DNA of 64,000 bases from Oikopleura dioica (lineage: Eukaryota; Animalia; Chordata). A program made the translations under genes and the position numbers. The notes below the pieces were generated by a model. That model saw nothing but the letters and a program-made list of their open reading frames with translations, ran no database searches and was not told where the DNA came from. How positions within the stretch are numbered: position 1 is the first letter of the stretch; the number at the start of each line of letters is the position of its first letter. Shown here piece by piece: positions 62,591 to 64,000 of the stretch. The DNA lies in assembly GCA_907165135.1 (NCBI GenBank), contig OU015569.1, positions 9,858,001 through 9,922,000 of the forward strand. The letters are read 5' to 3'.

Positions 62591-63752
62591 TTAATTAGCG
62601 AAAGGAATGCCAGGAGTAAAGTCTTTCATCCTGTGCAGTTGATCAAAACCTCCTTTCATGGAGTCTTTTTGGGCTAAATAAATAGTTCTTCGACGGTGCT
62701 CGTCCCGCAGCTCCTTCATATCGCCACTGAGGCCGTGCTCGCACTGCCAGAAGTAAGTACTCCAGTGCTCATGGATGACTTTCTGGCTCAGTCGTTTCAC
62801 GAGACGGAAGGTATCCCGCCCGTTCAAACTTTCGGTGATATTATCTTTTGTGATTTCTTCCACGCGCTTTGTTTCTTCAATATGCTACAGAAAATCAACT
62901 CAAAACAAGTTACAATACAGGAACCCACCTTTTTGAAACCTTCTGGACCTGCGTAATATCGACTGTCTTCACCTTTTTCTTGTAGAACTCATAACGATTA
63001 GCGTGGGCTCTTTCAGCTCGCTCGTACTAAAAATGCTTATTAAAAACGCTTAGAATTGTTGTTGTTACTAACCTGGATGGCTCTCAACTTGTAGGTAAAT
63101 AAGTTATCTTCGACGGGTAGATTGTGTGCGCTTCTCTGGGTGAGAGCTTTTCGTTCATCGCGTGTCTGCATGTGTCGCATGTTCACCGAGCAACCGAAAT
63201 GACCTGGTTGTTGACAAAGACATTTTCTGTGCACTCGGTTGATCTAGAAACGGTTCGTGTGAATGAAGAAGCGTAGTCTTCACACTTACATCAGACATGC
63301 AGCATGGCTTTGCAGCTGGATGAAGCCAAGGATTTTGAAGGCGACCTTCTTCGTCAAATTCTCGATTTTCCTCTTCTGCCTTGGTGAGACAAAACGTCCC
63401 TTGTATGTGTGTTGCGATTTCTTCTGCTGATGCGGCACAATTGATCGTTGTTGACCTGCCATCTAACAACGCGCTTATAGATTAGAAGCCTTTCGTTTGT
63501 CTCACCTTTGAAGTAGATCTGCATATACGGCACCGCTGTCATATTCGTTCTGACATCGATTTGGACATTTGGATTTTTGTACCGAAGTTGAGGAACGTAG
63601 AAGGTATTATAAATATGCGCGCCCTTGGAGAGGCCGTACTCATCGACAGAGGGTTTGTTGTACTCCAAGTTGATCGCAGCAATCTCCGAAATTAGGACGG
63701 GCCCTCGCTCTAGCCACCACTTCGTCTTGGTTATTGCATACCGTCCTCGCAT
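62591..63752 (-). CDS. MRPS25: mitochondrial ribosomal protein mS25 with long C-terminal extension
   Basis: MRGRYAI.., FYVPQLRYKNPNVQI..NMTAVPY, and after a GTAAGT intron the C-x-C-x7-C motif KCLCQQPGHFGC. Canonical phase-0 splices continue to DFTPGIPFAN*. 5' end may extend further. Confidence 0.85.
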
Positions 63753-64000
63753 CTTGTGACGGACAGAGGTTGCAGGGGATTTCTCGATGCTCGCGGGACG
63801 ATGAGCATGTTGGATTTTTTGGAGCGTTCCACTTTCAACCAAATAATCGTGCGTTTGACTCGTTCGCGAGCTCAGCTGTGCACTAGAATCAATTTAAAAT
63901 GGGTATTTTTAAACAATCTCAAGAAGCTTGACTTATTTTTCATCAACAATTGCGAGTTAATTCTTAATTTTACGATTTTAGTAGGAAAAACCTTTGAAAC

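Noticed and set aside
62884-62980. Apparent phase mismatch in MRPS25 suggesting another frameshift
   Set aside because: Phase-0 GT donors (AAG|GTGAAG or CAG|GTCCAG) resolve it without an indel.

Overview
Gene-dense eukaryotic DNA. The introns are mostly ~40-60 nt, several splice donors are non-canonical (GA/GG/GC), and long same-strand gene runs have only 40-300 bp spacers and AG acceptors just before ATGs. This architecture is typical of the appendicularian tunicate Oikopleura dioica (inference, not proven). Recognisable genes: SECISBP2L-type SBP2, PIK3C3/Vps34, JMJD6, RBM8A, RPS14, a divergent Argonaute, a class A GPCR, ALDH4A1, CCDC191, USP54/53-like, NEK6/7, TTLL4, a BCL2L13-like protein, NAXE, POLQ, NEDD8, two tandem MRG15-like genes, a degenerate DEAD-box protein, PSMA1, POLR1G/RPA34-like and MRPS25. 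The most striking structure is a pseudokinase split in two. Its N-lobe exons (49553-49118) and C-lobe exons (47928-46938) flank a complete same-strand NAXE gene lying in one predicted intron, and NAXE's likely poly(A) signal falls inside the next kinase exon. Other items worth checking: a slicer-dead RG-rich Argonaute, a minimal Pol theta, a MITE-like insertion with 177-bp internal periodicity, a C-terminally extended mS25, and apparent 1-nt frameshifts in POLQ and CCDC191 that are most likely assembly errors. All exon models were spliced by hand; homology calls come from remembered motifs, not database searches.
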